Part shown: positions 53,042 to 62,116 of the stretch, one piece after another
Position numbering within the stretch: the first letter of the stretch is position 1
Layout: each line of letters opens with the position of its first letter
Assembly: GCA_046290225.1 (NCBI GenBank)
Contig: JBKAGE010000035.1
Location: forward strand, 384,001 to 448,000
From: Bradymonadia bacterium
GTDB taxonomy: Bacteria > Myxococcota_A > Bradymonadia > UBA7976 > UBA1532
Length of the DNA stretch: 64,000 nucleotides
Reading direction: 5' to 3'
Translations under genes and position numbers: made by a program
Notes under the pieces: model-generated
What the model was told of the DNA's origin: nothing
Seen by the model: only the letters and a program-made list of their open reading frames with translations
The model's database searches: none

Positions 53042-54513
53042 AGATGCGCAATTGGCTGACGCTGGCCGTGATGCTGGGCATGACCGGCTGTATCGCCGAG
53101 TCGGCGACGGACGAGGGTGGAGAGGTCGCTGTCGGCTCAGGCGGCGCGAGCGGCGAGAACACCCCGGAGATTCGCGAGACGGGTTATCTCGTGTGCATGC
53201 CCGGCGCTGCTGCGTGCATCACCGGCCTCGCCTGTGAGACCCCCAACGGGGAGATTGATTGTCTGCCGTTCGCTGAAGCGTGCGCCGAGAACCCTACCTG
53301 CGAGTGTGCGGGCGATGTGTGTCGCCAGGGTCGTGTCTGTGTCGATCAAGATGACGGCAGCATCGCTTGTGAAGGCCCCAATGAGCCAGACCCGGATCCA
53401 GGCCCTGGTCCAGATCCTGATCCGGCCCCTGGTGCGTGCGAAGCGCTCGGGGAGGCAGCCTGCGCCGACAACGCTGATTGTGTGGCCTACTACGGGTACC
53501 CCTACCCCGCAGCCTGTGACGTCGAGTCGAACCCCGAGGCTCGGACCTTCGTGGCGTGTGGAGACGCGGAGCCCAACGCCGGCGCCTGCAACCCCGCCGT
53601 GGAGTGTGCGGCTGGCCCTGAGGGTGTCTTCGGGTTCCCGGAGTGTGTGCCCCCGGGCTATGGCGCGTGTCCGCCGGTGGACATGTGCTTCGAAGAGCCC
53701 AATGCATGCACGGGCCTCGATGAGGATGCGTGTCGAGCGGCTGACGGATGCTACCCGTACATGGCGTACGTGCTCGGGCAGGAGAACACGAGCTTCGTGG
53801 CGTGTGACACCCCGCCTGAAAACGGGTGCGATGACGTGCTCACGTGTGCAGCGAGCGCCGAGACTGGCGAAGCGCGCATCTTCCCCGACTCGTGCGTCGC
53901 CCCTGGCTGGGTCGCGGATGCGGAGGCATGCAACGCGCCCTCGCCCGCCGGGTGTGAGGGCCTCGACGAGGCCAGCTGTGTGTCCAAGCCTGAGTGTGTG
54001 CCTGTCATGGGGCATGTCTGGTGTGGCCCAGAACTCGACACCTTCATCTTTTGTGGTGAGCAAATCCCTGAGGAGCAGGACAAGCCTGGCATTGGCATCT
54101 GCCCTGCCTGTGCTGTCACCGCTGGAGGCGTCTGCATTGGGGTGCCTGGGGTGGGGGTGATCCAGACGAGCGAGAATCAGGAAGATGTATATGTCTACGA
54201 TGACTATGAGATCTTCGAGTGTGAAGAGCTGCCACCCTGCAACATCGGCTGTGACGAGCTGGGCGAAGAGGCCTGTATGGCGGCAGAGGCCTGTCGCCCG
54301 GTCTATGGCGCCCCTGCTCAGGAGATTTGCATGGAGGACTTCAGCAATTGGATGAGCGTTTATGGCGGCTGCATCGATGTTGATCGGGGCTGCGGCGACG
54401 CCGAAACGTGTGGTGAGGATCCGCGCGCGCTCATGCAATCACCCCTCGTATTCCCCGACACTTGCTTGCCCCAGGGCTGGGTGCCCTGTGATCTGGAGCA
54501 GGTCTGCGAATAG
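53038..54513 (+). CDS. Cys-rich repeat lipoprotein
   Basis: Lipobox MTGC; four CxxLxExxCxxxxxC repeats and recurring FPxxCxxxG(W/Y); ATGA overlap with the upstream gene. Confidence 0.8.
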   Translation: MKMRNWLTLAVMLGMTGCIAESATDEGGEVAVGSGGASGENTPEIRETGYLVCMPGAAACITGLACETPNGEIDCLPFAEACAENPTCECAGDVCRQGRVCVDQDDGSIACEGPNEPDPDPGPGPDPDPAPGACEALGEAACADNADCVAYYGYPYPAACDVESNPEARTFVACGDAEPNAGACNPAVECAAGPEGVFGFPECVPPGYGACPPVDMCFEEPNACTGLDEDACRAADGCYPYMAYVLGQENTSFVACDTPPENGCDDVLTCAASAETGEARIFPDSCVAPGWVADAEACNAPSPAGCEGLDEASCVSKPECVPVMGHVWCGPELDTFIFCGEQIPEEQDKPGIGICPACAVTAGGVCIGVPGVGVIQTSENQEDVYVYDDYEIFECEELPPCNIGCDELGEEACMAAEACRPVYGAPAQEICMEDFSNWMSVYGGCIDVDRGCGDAETCGEDPRALMQSPLVFPDTCLPQGWVPCDLEQVCE

Positions 54514-54650
54514 CTGTGCAGTGGATGCCTTTTGTTGCTGTTCAAATGTTCAGATGTGGGGTATGTGAACCATGCCCCGATGAAAGACGCCGCCTGTATC
54601 TACACAACAGGTGACGATCCCCACATCATCGGGCACTCTCCGATTTCAGC

Positions 54651-55226
54651 ATGCTCACAGCTGAGCGAGGACCGATGATGAAAGACGTTACACTCTACAC
54701 GCGGGCGTACGATGGTGGTCTCAACGCAGGCCGGATCTCAGAGACGCTTCAGCAGGCCATCCTCACCACACTCAAGGCGCACTACATCTATCGTGGGGAC
54801 TTCGAAGACGCCCAGGAGACGCTCGACGATTATTTTGAGGACAGCAACATCGCCGACATGGACTACGACACCATGTCGTTCGAGGACCTCGATGATCCGG
54901 CCATCGCGTACATGATGGATCCCGAGGCGGATTTCCTCTCCTATGTCGAGATCACGCACGAAGACGGCGAGATCTTGTACGCAGTGGTGGCCAACGGGTC
55001 GAACCCAATGGGGATCGTGCTCTCGTCCTCTGGCGAGCTCGCATACCGTATCGACGACAACACGGTGAGCGAGCCCGATGACGCGGCTGAGGAAAAGCCC
55101 GCTCTCTATGCGGCGATTCACGTGGTGATTTTTCACGCAGAAGAGGGCCAGTCGGTCATCTCTCTCAAAGAGTCCCTCAAGGCTGAAGAAGAAACCGAGA
55201 GCTTGTACGAGGCGATCTTCGAGTAA
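54651..55226 (+). CDS. Highly acidic hypothetical protein
   Basis: Asp/Glu-rich ORF with coding-like codon bias; likely start near 54675 after GAGG. Confidence 0.65.
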   Translation: MLTAERGPMMKDVTLYTRAYDGGLNAGRISETLQQAILTTLKAHYIYRGDFEDAQETLDDYFEDSNIADMDYDTMSFEDLDDPAIAYMMDPEADFLSYVEITHEDGEILYAVVANGSNPMGIVLSSSGELAYRIDDNTVSEPDDAAEEKPALYAAIHVVIFHAEEGQSVISLKESLKAEEETESLYEAIFE

Positions 55227-55448
55227 GAGATCGCTTCAGGGTGCCTCTCTGTCAGTGCTCGCCCCAAGGCGTGAGCGCTCGTCTCGATGCAGCTTTGCCA
55301 TCAGGCCTGCAACACCCTGCCTTTGATCCCCACTCCCCAACACAGCTTCTGTGAGACTGAGCACATTTGATCGTGTGCTTCAGCTGATGTCTGGCATGAC
55401 CAGTGCCGACATGCATGCTCAGATGCACCATGCTTTCGAGGTTCGCTC

Positions 55449-57179
55449 ATGCGACATGCCCTCTGCCTCACAATGTGTACGTTGTTCTTTGTCGGCTGCG
55501 ACGACGGCACTTCGGCAACTGAAACCTCATCCGACGCTGAAGTTGAACAGCCCGATGCTGCAGCCTCGACAGACCCCGGGACTGGTGGAGGCGGCGGTCA
55601 GGGTGGTGCTGGTGGTGAGCCTGTGGGTGGTATGCCTGAAGGCGGTGCCGGCGGTGTTGTGGCGCCTGGGGACTGCCCCATAGATGACATTGAGGCCCCT
55701 GGCCTCGTGGCCACCACCGAGGGCCATCTGCAAGGGGAGGCGTCCGGCGACACATGGCTCTATCGCGCTGTGCCCTTCGCTGCGCCTCCAGTGGACGATC
55801 TTCGATGGCGCGCCCCTGAGCCGCCGGCCTGCTATGGGGGCATTCGCGTGCAGGCTGACTATGCACCTGCCTGTCCGCAGCTCAACGCCCAGGGGACGAT
55901 GCTCGGCGATGAGGATTGCCTCTACCTCAACCTCTGGACGCCCAAGGCTGCCCTCGAAGGGGGGCGCCCCCGGCCCATCATGTTCTTCATCCATGGGGGC
56001 GGAAACGCCATCGGCAGCGCCACCGTCGGCGCAGGGAACCAGATTCTGTACGACGGTCAGGCGCTTGCTGAGGCCCACGATGCTGTCGTTGTGGTGATTC
56101 AGTATCGCCTAGGTGCCCTGGGCTATCTCACCCACCCCGCCCTCGACGCTGAAGATCCCGAGGGCCACAGCGGCAACTATGGTCAGCTCGACATCATCGC
56201 TGCCCTCGAATGGATCAACGCCAACGCTGCAGCTTTTGGTGGAGATCGAGATCGGGTGATGATCTTCGGCGAGTCTGCTGGTGCCCGGAACACCTGCATC
56301 ATGGTGAGCTCACCGCTGGCTCGGGGGCTGTTCTATGCCAGCATCATGCAGAGCGGGCCGTGTCGGGTGACCCCACGGGCGGACGTCGAAGCCGAGGGCC
56401 GCACGCAAGTGGAGAACAGCGGCTGCGCCGACGCTGAAGACATCCCATCGTGCATGCGGGCGCGCACTGCAGAGCAGCTGCTGCTCGATCGACCCCCTGT
56501 GGTGTCCGTGGGCGCTGCGAGCGATGCCATGAAGCCCTACGTCGATGGCCATGTACTCACCGATCAGCCCATCGAGGTGATCCGTCGAGGTGAGCACAAC
56601 CCCGTGATCTTCGTCTCCGGCGCCAACAGCGACGAGACCGCTCGAGACACCCCCGAGATCGCTACAGTCGCAGGGTACGAAGCGGTGGTCCGCAGCCAGT
56701 TCGGCGCCCTCGCCGATCAGGTGCTCGCGCTCTACCCCGCGGAAGACTACGAGACACCGACCCAAGCCTTCGTGCAGATCAGTACCGACGCCCGCTTCGT
56801 CTGCAACAGCCGGCAATCATTGGAGGCGGCTTCGGCCCATGGCCCGACGTTCGGCTACTTCTTCACCCAGAACCTCGAGAACTCTGCACGCCTGAGAGAC
56901 TTTGGGGCCTATCACGCCATCGAGCTGTTCTTCGTCTTCGACCAGATGACCCTCGCAGGGTATCGCCCCACGGCCGCTGAATCAGCGCTTGCGGAGATGG
57001 TCGGTGGATACTGGGCTCGGGTGGCGCGTCAGGGAGATCCGAATGACGGTGTGGCGCCGATGTGGCCTCAATACGACATCACCGAGCAGTTGCTGGTGCT
57101 CGATGGGGCCGGTGTCACCGCCGAGGCTGGTATTCGAAGCGAGAAGTGCGACTTCTGGGATACGCTGCTTGAGCAGTGA
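55449..57179 (+). CDS. Type-B carboxylesterase/lipase lipoprotein
   Basis: Lipobox FVGC; PFAAPPVDDLRWRAP, EDCLYLNLWTP, IHGGG, FGESAG, AYHAIEL. Confidence 0.95.
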   Translation: MRHALCLTMCTLFFVGCDDGTSATETSSDAEVEQPDAAASTDPGTGGGGGQGGAGGEPVGGMPEGGAGGVVAPGDCPIDDIEAPGLVATTEGHLQGEASGDTWLYRAVPFAAPPVDDLRWRAPEPPACYGGIRVQADYAPACPQLNAQGTMLGDEDCLYLNLWTPKAALEGGRPRPIMFFIHGGGNAIGSATVGAGNQILYDGQALAEAHDAVVVVIQYRLGALGYLTHPALDAEDPEGHSGNYGQLDIIAALEWINANAAAFGGDRDRVMIFGESAGARNTCIMVSSPLARGLFYASIMQSGPCRVTPRADVEAEGRTQVENSGCADAEDIPSCMRARTAEQLLLDRPPVVSVGAASDAMKPYVDGHVLTDQPIEVIRRGEHNPVIFVSGANSDETARDTPEIATVAGYEAVVRSQFGALADQVLALYPAEDYETPTQAFVQISTDARFVCNSRQSLEAASAHGPTFGYFFTQNLENSARLRDFGAYHAIELFFVFDQMTLAGYRPTAAESALAEMVGGYWARVARQGDPNDGVAPMWPQYDITEQLLVLDGAGVTAEAGIRSEKCDFWDTLLEQ

Positions 57180-57200
57180 GCGTCGTGGAGTCCTGGCAGA

Positions 57201-57998
57201 TCAGGGCAGCTGAATCTCACCCTTCATGAAGTCCACCGCCTGCCCGGTGATGAAAGTGCGCTCCCCGGCATAGCGCACCCGCAAGTGCCCACCTCTCGCC
57301 GAGATTTGCCGAGCGATCATCTCGTGCTTGCCCAGCCTCTCGAACCAGTACGGCGCCAGAATACAGTGGGCTGATCCGGTGACAGGATCTTCGGGGATCC
57401 CGTGCAGTGGAGCGAAGAACCTCGAGACAAAGTCACAGTCCGCGAAGTCACCCCCACCAGGGCCGGTGACGATGAGTCCCCGAGTGTCGAGGGCGGCGAT
57501 CTTGCCCATATCGGGCTTCAGTTGATGTACCTCCTCGGCGGTGGCCACCACGGCCATGTCGTCCATGGAGCGCCAGACTTCGAGCGCTGAGGTGCCGATG
57601 GCTTCAGTGTACGTCTCGACTTCGCTCAAAGGCTCGATGGGCTGGGTCGGAAAGTCGAGGGTGTAGCCCTCGGCGCTCCGCGTCACCGTGAGCGGCCCGC
57701 TCAGGCTGTCGAAGACGATCGAGTCGCCCTCGACGCCGATGTGCGTGAAGATCACGTGAGAGGTGGCCAGCGTAGCGTGCCCGCAGAGCGTGACCTCCTC
57801 TGCAGGGGTGAACCACCGCAGATGAAAGCGCCCTGGCCCCAGAGGCACGAAGAAGGCGGTCTCCGAGAGGTTGTTCTCCACGGCGATGGCCTGCATGACC
57901 GGCTCGGGCAGCCAGTCCTGCAAAGGCACCACCGCTGCGGGGTTGCCGCCGAAGACATGATCAGTGAAGGCGTCGACCTGGTACTGAGTGAGGTGCAT
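57201..57998 (-). CDS. PhzF-family isomerase
   Basis: VDAFT..FGGNPAAV, NLSETAF, LRWFTP.EEVTLCGHATLA, EDPVTGSAH. Confidence 0.95.
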   Translation of the reverse strand: MHLTQYQVDAFTDHVFGGNPAAVVPLQDWLPEPVMQAIAVENNLSETAFFVPLGPGRFHLRWFTPAEEVTLCGHATLATSHVIFTHIGVEGDSIVFDSLSGPLTVTRSAEGYTLDFPTQPIEPLSEVETYTEAIGTSALEVWRSMDDMAVVATAEEVHQLKPDMGKIAALDTRGLIVTGPGGGDFADCDFVSRFFAPLHGIPEDPVTGSAHCILAPYWFERLGKHEMIARQISARGGHLRVRYAGERTFITGQAVDFMKGEIQLP

Positions 57999-58039
57999 GG
58001 GTGCGCTCCCGGGGTGAAAGTTGACCGGTCGCGTCGAGG

Positions 58040-58696
58040 TTACGCCGCCTCGGCCACGAAGGCCTGGGCCAGTTTCCGAATTTTGAACTGCCAGTTGTAG
58101 ACCACCTGCCGGTTGACCCCCATGAGCTCTGCGGCCTGCTGTACCTCACAGCCATCGATGTAGAGCAACCGGAACACCAGCTGACCCTTCGGCGGGAGCG
58201 TCTGCATGAGGTGCGCTGACAGCCGGGCGGCCATTTGTCGATCCGCAGCGCTCTTTTCGGGATCAGCATTAGGGGCAGAAAGATCGTGGGCGTCGTCGAT
58301 GTCGGTCATCTTCTGATCGCCGCCTCGTTTGATGGCTCGGGCCTTCTGCAGCCGATTCCCGATCTCGCGATCGGTCACCATGCCCACGTACCACTCCAGC
58401 GAGGCCTTGCGCGGATCGAAGTTGCGCAGCTGGGCGCCGTCCTCCCGCATGAGCACGAGCCAGACCTCTTGCACGATGTCGTGGCCATCTTCTGCGGCGG
58501 TCATGCGCCCCGACTGTCGAGCGAGGGCCCGACGCACATGGGCGCAGATGACGGGCATCAGGCGCCGAATCAGCATCTTCTGAGCAGCGCGTTTGCCTGT
58601 GAGGGCGCCGCGGATCAGATCGAAGTCGGGGTGTTCGACGCCTTCGGCAGCGAAGACGACGGCGAGGAGTGTGGGCCAGGGGATCAGGACGTTCAC
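58040..58696 (-). CDS. ECF-type RNA polymerase sigma factor
   Basis: Region 2 DIVQEVWLVL..LRNFDP..SLEWYV; region 4 LPPKGQLVFRLLYIDG..AAELMGVNRQVVYNW. Confidence 0.9.
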   Translation of the reverse strand: MNVLIPWPTLLAVVFAAEGVEHPDFDLIRGALTGKRAAQKMLIRRLMPVICAHVRRALARQSGRMTAAEDGHDIVQEVWLVLMREDGAQLRNFDPRKASLEWYVGMVTDREIGNRLQKARAIKRGGDQKMTDIDDAHDLSAPNADPEKSAADRQMAARLSAHLMQTLPPKGQLVFRLLYIDGCEVQQAAELMGVNRQVVYNWQFKIRKLAQAFVAEAA

Positions 58697-58723
58697 GGCA
58701 ACCCGAAGGGCGGCCGTCAGTGG

Positions 58724-59578
58724 TCACGGCCGCTCGATCTCGTCAGCAGAGCGTCGATAGTCGACGAAGACGGGATACCATTGTGTGGTTCGGGCGTCCA
58801 CGCTGGCTCCATCAGTGAGCGCTGTGTCGGGCTCGCCGACGAGGGCGCTGGCGGCATCAGGATCGGTGGAGATCACGACATAGAGTACGAAGCGGCCATA
58901 GCGCTCGCCGAGCCATGGTCCGATCTCGGCGGTCAGCCTGAAGGCGCCCGAGGCCCCAGTGTCGAGGGTGTAGCCGGCGGGCGCTTTGCTCAGAGCGCCG
59001 CCCTCTTCGGCCATGAGCACAGCGAAGGTGGGGGCTTGGCCCGAGATGTCTTTCTTGGGACGCACGATGAGCTTGATTTTGCTCTCGGGCAGGTAGACAC
59101 CCCATTTGGCTTTGGGCTGATCTTCGCTGCGGATCATCGACACGGCGCCTTGGGGGGTGTCCATGCCATAGCTGGGCAGAGCGGGCAGATCTTTCCGGGA
59201 TCCGATCGTGGTCCATACGACCAGCAGCACGCCAGCAGCGAGGGCGCCGAGGGAGACCCACGTGGCCCATTGCCGCTTGGGCGCAGGCATTTGCTCGAGA
59301 GCCCACTGCTCCAGGCTGGCTTCGGTGGTGGGCGCATAGGCGAGGGCGAGACGCCGAGCTTCAGCATCCACGGCGAGCTGTCCGGCGACGGTGTCACTGG
59401 TCTCGTCGTCGAGGCGACCCCCACGGAGGGCGGCGATGGTGACGAGATCGAGCTCACTGTCCAGGGGCTCACTGCTCAGGGACTCACTGTTCAGGGGCTC
59501 GCTCGGAGGGCAGAGCTTGAGCAGATCGTCGATGGGATCAGGCTCGAGAGGGCCTTCTGGTGGCGTGGGTGTGCTCAT
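58724..59578 (-). CDS. Putative single-pass anti-sigma factor
   Basis: ASD-like N-terminus ([29 protein letters not shown]), transmembrane WVSLGALAAGVLLVVW, beta-rich C-terminal domain; adjacent to ECF sigma. Confidence 0.7.
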   Translation of the reverse strand: MSTPTPPEGPLEPDPIDDLLKLCPPSEPLNSESLSSEPLDSELDLVTIAALRGGRLDDETSDTVAGQLAVDAEARRLALAYAPTTEASLEQWALEQMPAPKRQWATWVSLGALAAGVLLVVWTTIGSRKDLPALPSYGMDTPQGAVSMIRSEDQPKAKWGVYLPESKIKLIVRPKKDISGQAPTFAVLMAEEGGALSKAPAGYTLDTGASGAFRLTAEIGPWLGERYGRFVLYVVISTDPDAASALVGEPDTALTDGASVDARTTQWYPVFVDYRRSADEIERP

Positions 59579-59590
59579 GTGTCGTGCATG

Positions 59591-62068
59591 TTATGGCGAC
59601 TCTGGCTTCATGCTCAGAGCCGAGTAGTTCGTCGCTGTCATGCTCGATTGAGTCATCTTCACCGACAACAGCGCACCCTTGATGTCGGGTATCAGGTGTG
59701 CGTCGAAATGAGATTCGATGTTCTCGATTTTCACCTGACCTCCAGGCACCCAGTCGCCCAGATGGCTGTAGTGAGTGAGGTCGACCTCGTGCACATCGCC
59801 ATTGATGAGCACATACAGTTTGGGATCAGTGATGATCGTCTCTTCCGGATAAGCGCGGCTGAGCCATAAGTCCAACGAGAAGCGGATGGAGTCATCTCGA
59901 TCGTTGGTGGCGACGACCCCGTTACACGCCGGGCAGAGTTCACCACCCGGTTGAGGCCCGAGGCGCCCGAGGGTCACGCGATCCCAGTCGAAGCGCCCGG
60001 CGCACACGCCATCTTCGCATGGGAGCCAGGCGTCGGGGCCCGGCGCTGACTCTGGCGGGGTGACCTCTTGCCCATCGAGACAACGGTTGTGGGCGCTGGT
60101 CATCTCATCCGACCAGTCGACGGTGATCTCCGAGGGCTCACAGCTGCGATCTTGAGTCATCTCGATGCGGCAGAGTCCCTCGATGAGCCTGCTGCATGCT
60201 TGAATGAGATCTCGGTTTGCGAAGACTTCAGGGCCTGCTGCTTCATCGAGGCATCGGAAGATCTTGGGCAAGAACCGAGCGTCGCACTCAGAGACCAGCG
60301 CCTCGGCGCGGGCAAGGGACACTTGGCGCACGGGGGTGCCATCGCCGGTCTCGCGACAGAGGCCCTCGCCGGTGATGTAGAGCAGCCGGGACATGACGTG
60401 ACCTGAAGGCAGATCGAAGGTGTCGCCTTGATCCCGGCGTACGCCGAGGTGCCCGTAGAGACGGGAGGCCGCTGCGGTGACCAGAGCCGTGGCCACCGAG
60501 GTGCCCGTGAAGACGGCGGGCAGGCGCAGCACACGCTCTCCCGTGTCGTGATCGGCTTCATCGACGCTGCACAGATCCACCCCCGTCCAGTCTTGGACGA
60601 TGTCGGGGTTGTCGGGGAGGGTGATCGAGCCCCCCGAGGTGACATAGACATGCTCGGCGGGCGCCACCAGAGGGGTCTCCTGATCAGGGATCGAGAGGCC
60701 GATGGGATCACGGGCAGCGTTGACGCCGCTGATGGGCGTAATCAGAGCCATCTCGTGGCCTCGATGATCACACGAGGGGTACTGGCCCCAGCGGGCTGGG
60801 TACAGGAGATGAGGGCCCTTGATCGATGGCGGAGGGCACGGATCACCCTCGGTGTCATCGATGCGGTTGTTGAACATGTCAGGTCGGGTGTGGGTGAGGG
60901 GTCGGTTGCCCGCTGCACCCAACACCATGATGGGCTGGCGCGCAGAGTCCATCTGCCGCGCGCCGGAGAGCATGTATCGCACCGGCTCGCCCTGGCTCGC
61001 TTCTACGGTGGAGCACTTGTTGAGGCCCTCTACCGTACGCGGGTGCTCCAGCTCGGGGGCCCACCCCAGGCTCATGTTGAGCAGCAAGGGCTTGTCCGCC
61101 GCTGGCCCCTCGCGCTCGAAGATCGCCTCGTCCAGCGCTTGAGCCAGGTGACCGCTGACCCCGCTGCCGTTGTTGTCGAAGACCCTCAGAGATCTGACCG
61201 CGGCGGAGTACTCGGTGAGAGAAGAGAGCAGGAGCGCCATGCCCAGGCCGTGCAGGTGGGGCGTCTGATCGCCGGTGTCTCCGATGTCGGCGTTGCTCTC
61301 CATGCTGCCGTTGACCCGTACGAAGTCATCGCTCAAACCTGTATCGATGAGCACTGCCGAGGTGGCCTGGCGCCAGGCGGGTTGATTGATGGCGTCCTGG
61401 TTGGGTCGAAAGCTGATCGCCTTTTTATGCCATGTGGTGAGGCGGCCCTCTGCCAGGGCTTGAGGGCCAGAGACACCCATGGCGCACCAGCGCCGGCTCA
61501 CTTTCATGTCATCGGCCAGCCGGTTGGCCGACGCGCTGGCCTCTTGGATGAGCGAGAGCACAGTGCACACATGATTTTCGTGCACCGAGAGCGGCCTCAC
61601 GTCGTGATGGGTGAGCGCGTCGGAGTGGAAAGACACCTGGTAAAAGCGCAGATGACCATCGCGCCGCCACTTCGGGATGCCTTTGTGACTGCGATTGGGC
61701 AGCACCATGTCCACGGATGCGCGGATCATCCGCCCTCGGCCGATCGCATCACATGCGTCTTCGCCACGATCTCCCGGATCGCAGAAGACGTCGCTCATCT
61801 CATTCTCTGCGAGCTGTGCGTTCAGCGCCTCGGCCAGGCGTGCTGCGAATCCGGCGTCTGGGGCTGAAGACCACAAGGGCGTGTCGACATTGAAGACGCG
61901 TGTACGCTCGGTACATGCCGCATTGGGGATGGGCTTGGTGTCACCGTGCGCAGCCAGAAGTACCCGGTCAGATCCCGGTTGAGCCTTCTTGGGGGCGCTG
62001 CAGGCTGGGGCCGCGGCGAGAAACATGGCGGCCAACACGACACCACTGCACCAGTGCTCTTGCTTCAT
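59591..62068 (-). CDS. Exported subtilisin-like (S8) serine protease, Cys-rich, probable lipoprotein
   Basis: Catalytic motifs VLIDTG (Asp), HGLGMA (His), NMSLG, AAGN (oxyanion Asn), FTGTSVATA (Ser); signal ending APAC; GAGGTG RBS. Confidence 0.85.
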   Translation of the reverse strand: MKQEHWCSGVVLAAMFLAAAPACSAPKKAQPGSDRVLLAAHGDTKPIPNAACTERTRVFNVDTPLWSSAPDAGFAARLAEALNAQLAENEMSDVFCDPGDRGEDACDAIGRGRMIRASVDMVLPNRSHKGIPKWRRDGHLRFYQVSFHSDALTHHDVRPLSVHENHVCTVLSLIQEASASANRLADDMKVSRRWCAMGVSGPQALAEGRLTTWHKKAISFRPNQDAINQPAWRQATSAVLIDTGLSDDFVRVNGSMESNADIGDTGDQTPHLHGLGMALLLSSLTEYSAAVRSLRVFDNNGSGVSGHLAQALDEAIFEREGPAADKPLLLNMSLGWAPELEHPRTVEGLNKCSTVEASQGEPVRYMLSGARQMDSARQPIMVLGAAGNRPLTHTRPDMFNNRIDDTEGDPCPPPSIKGPHLLYPARWGQYPSCDHRGHEMALITPISGVNAARDPIGLSIPDQETPLVAPAEHVYVTSGGSITLPDNPDIVQDWTGVDLCSVDEADHDTGERVLRLPAVFTGTSVATALVTAAASRLYGHLGVRRDQGDTFDLPSGHVMSRLLYITGEGLCRETGDGTPVRQVSLARAEALVSECDARFLPKIFRCLDEAAGPEVFANRDLIQACSRLIEGLCRIEMTQDRSCEPSEITVDWSDEMTSAHNRCLDGQEVTPPESAPGPDAWLPCEDGVCAGRFDWDRVTLGRLGPQPGGELCPACNGVVATNDRDDSIRFSLDLWLSRAYPEETIITDPKLYVLINGDVHEVDLTHYSHLGDWVPGGQVKIENIESHFDAHLIPDIKGALLSVKMTQSSMTATNYSALSMKPESP

Positions 62069-62116
62069 TGTCACCTCACCTCCCGAAAAACCAAACCAGA
62101 GTATGGTGTACAGGGC

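Noticed and set aside
57201..57998. Phenazine biosynthesis cluster
   Set aside because: Lone PhzF-family homolog with no other phz genes
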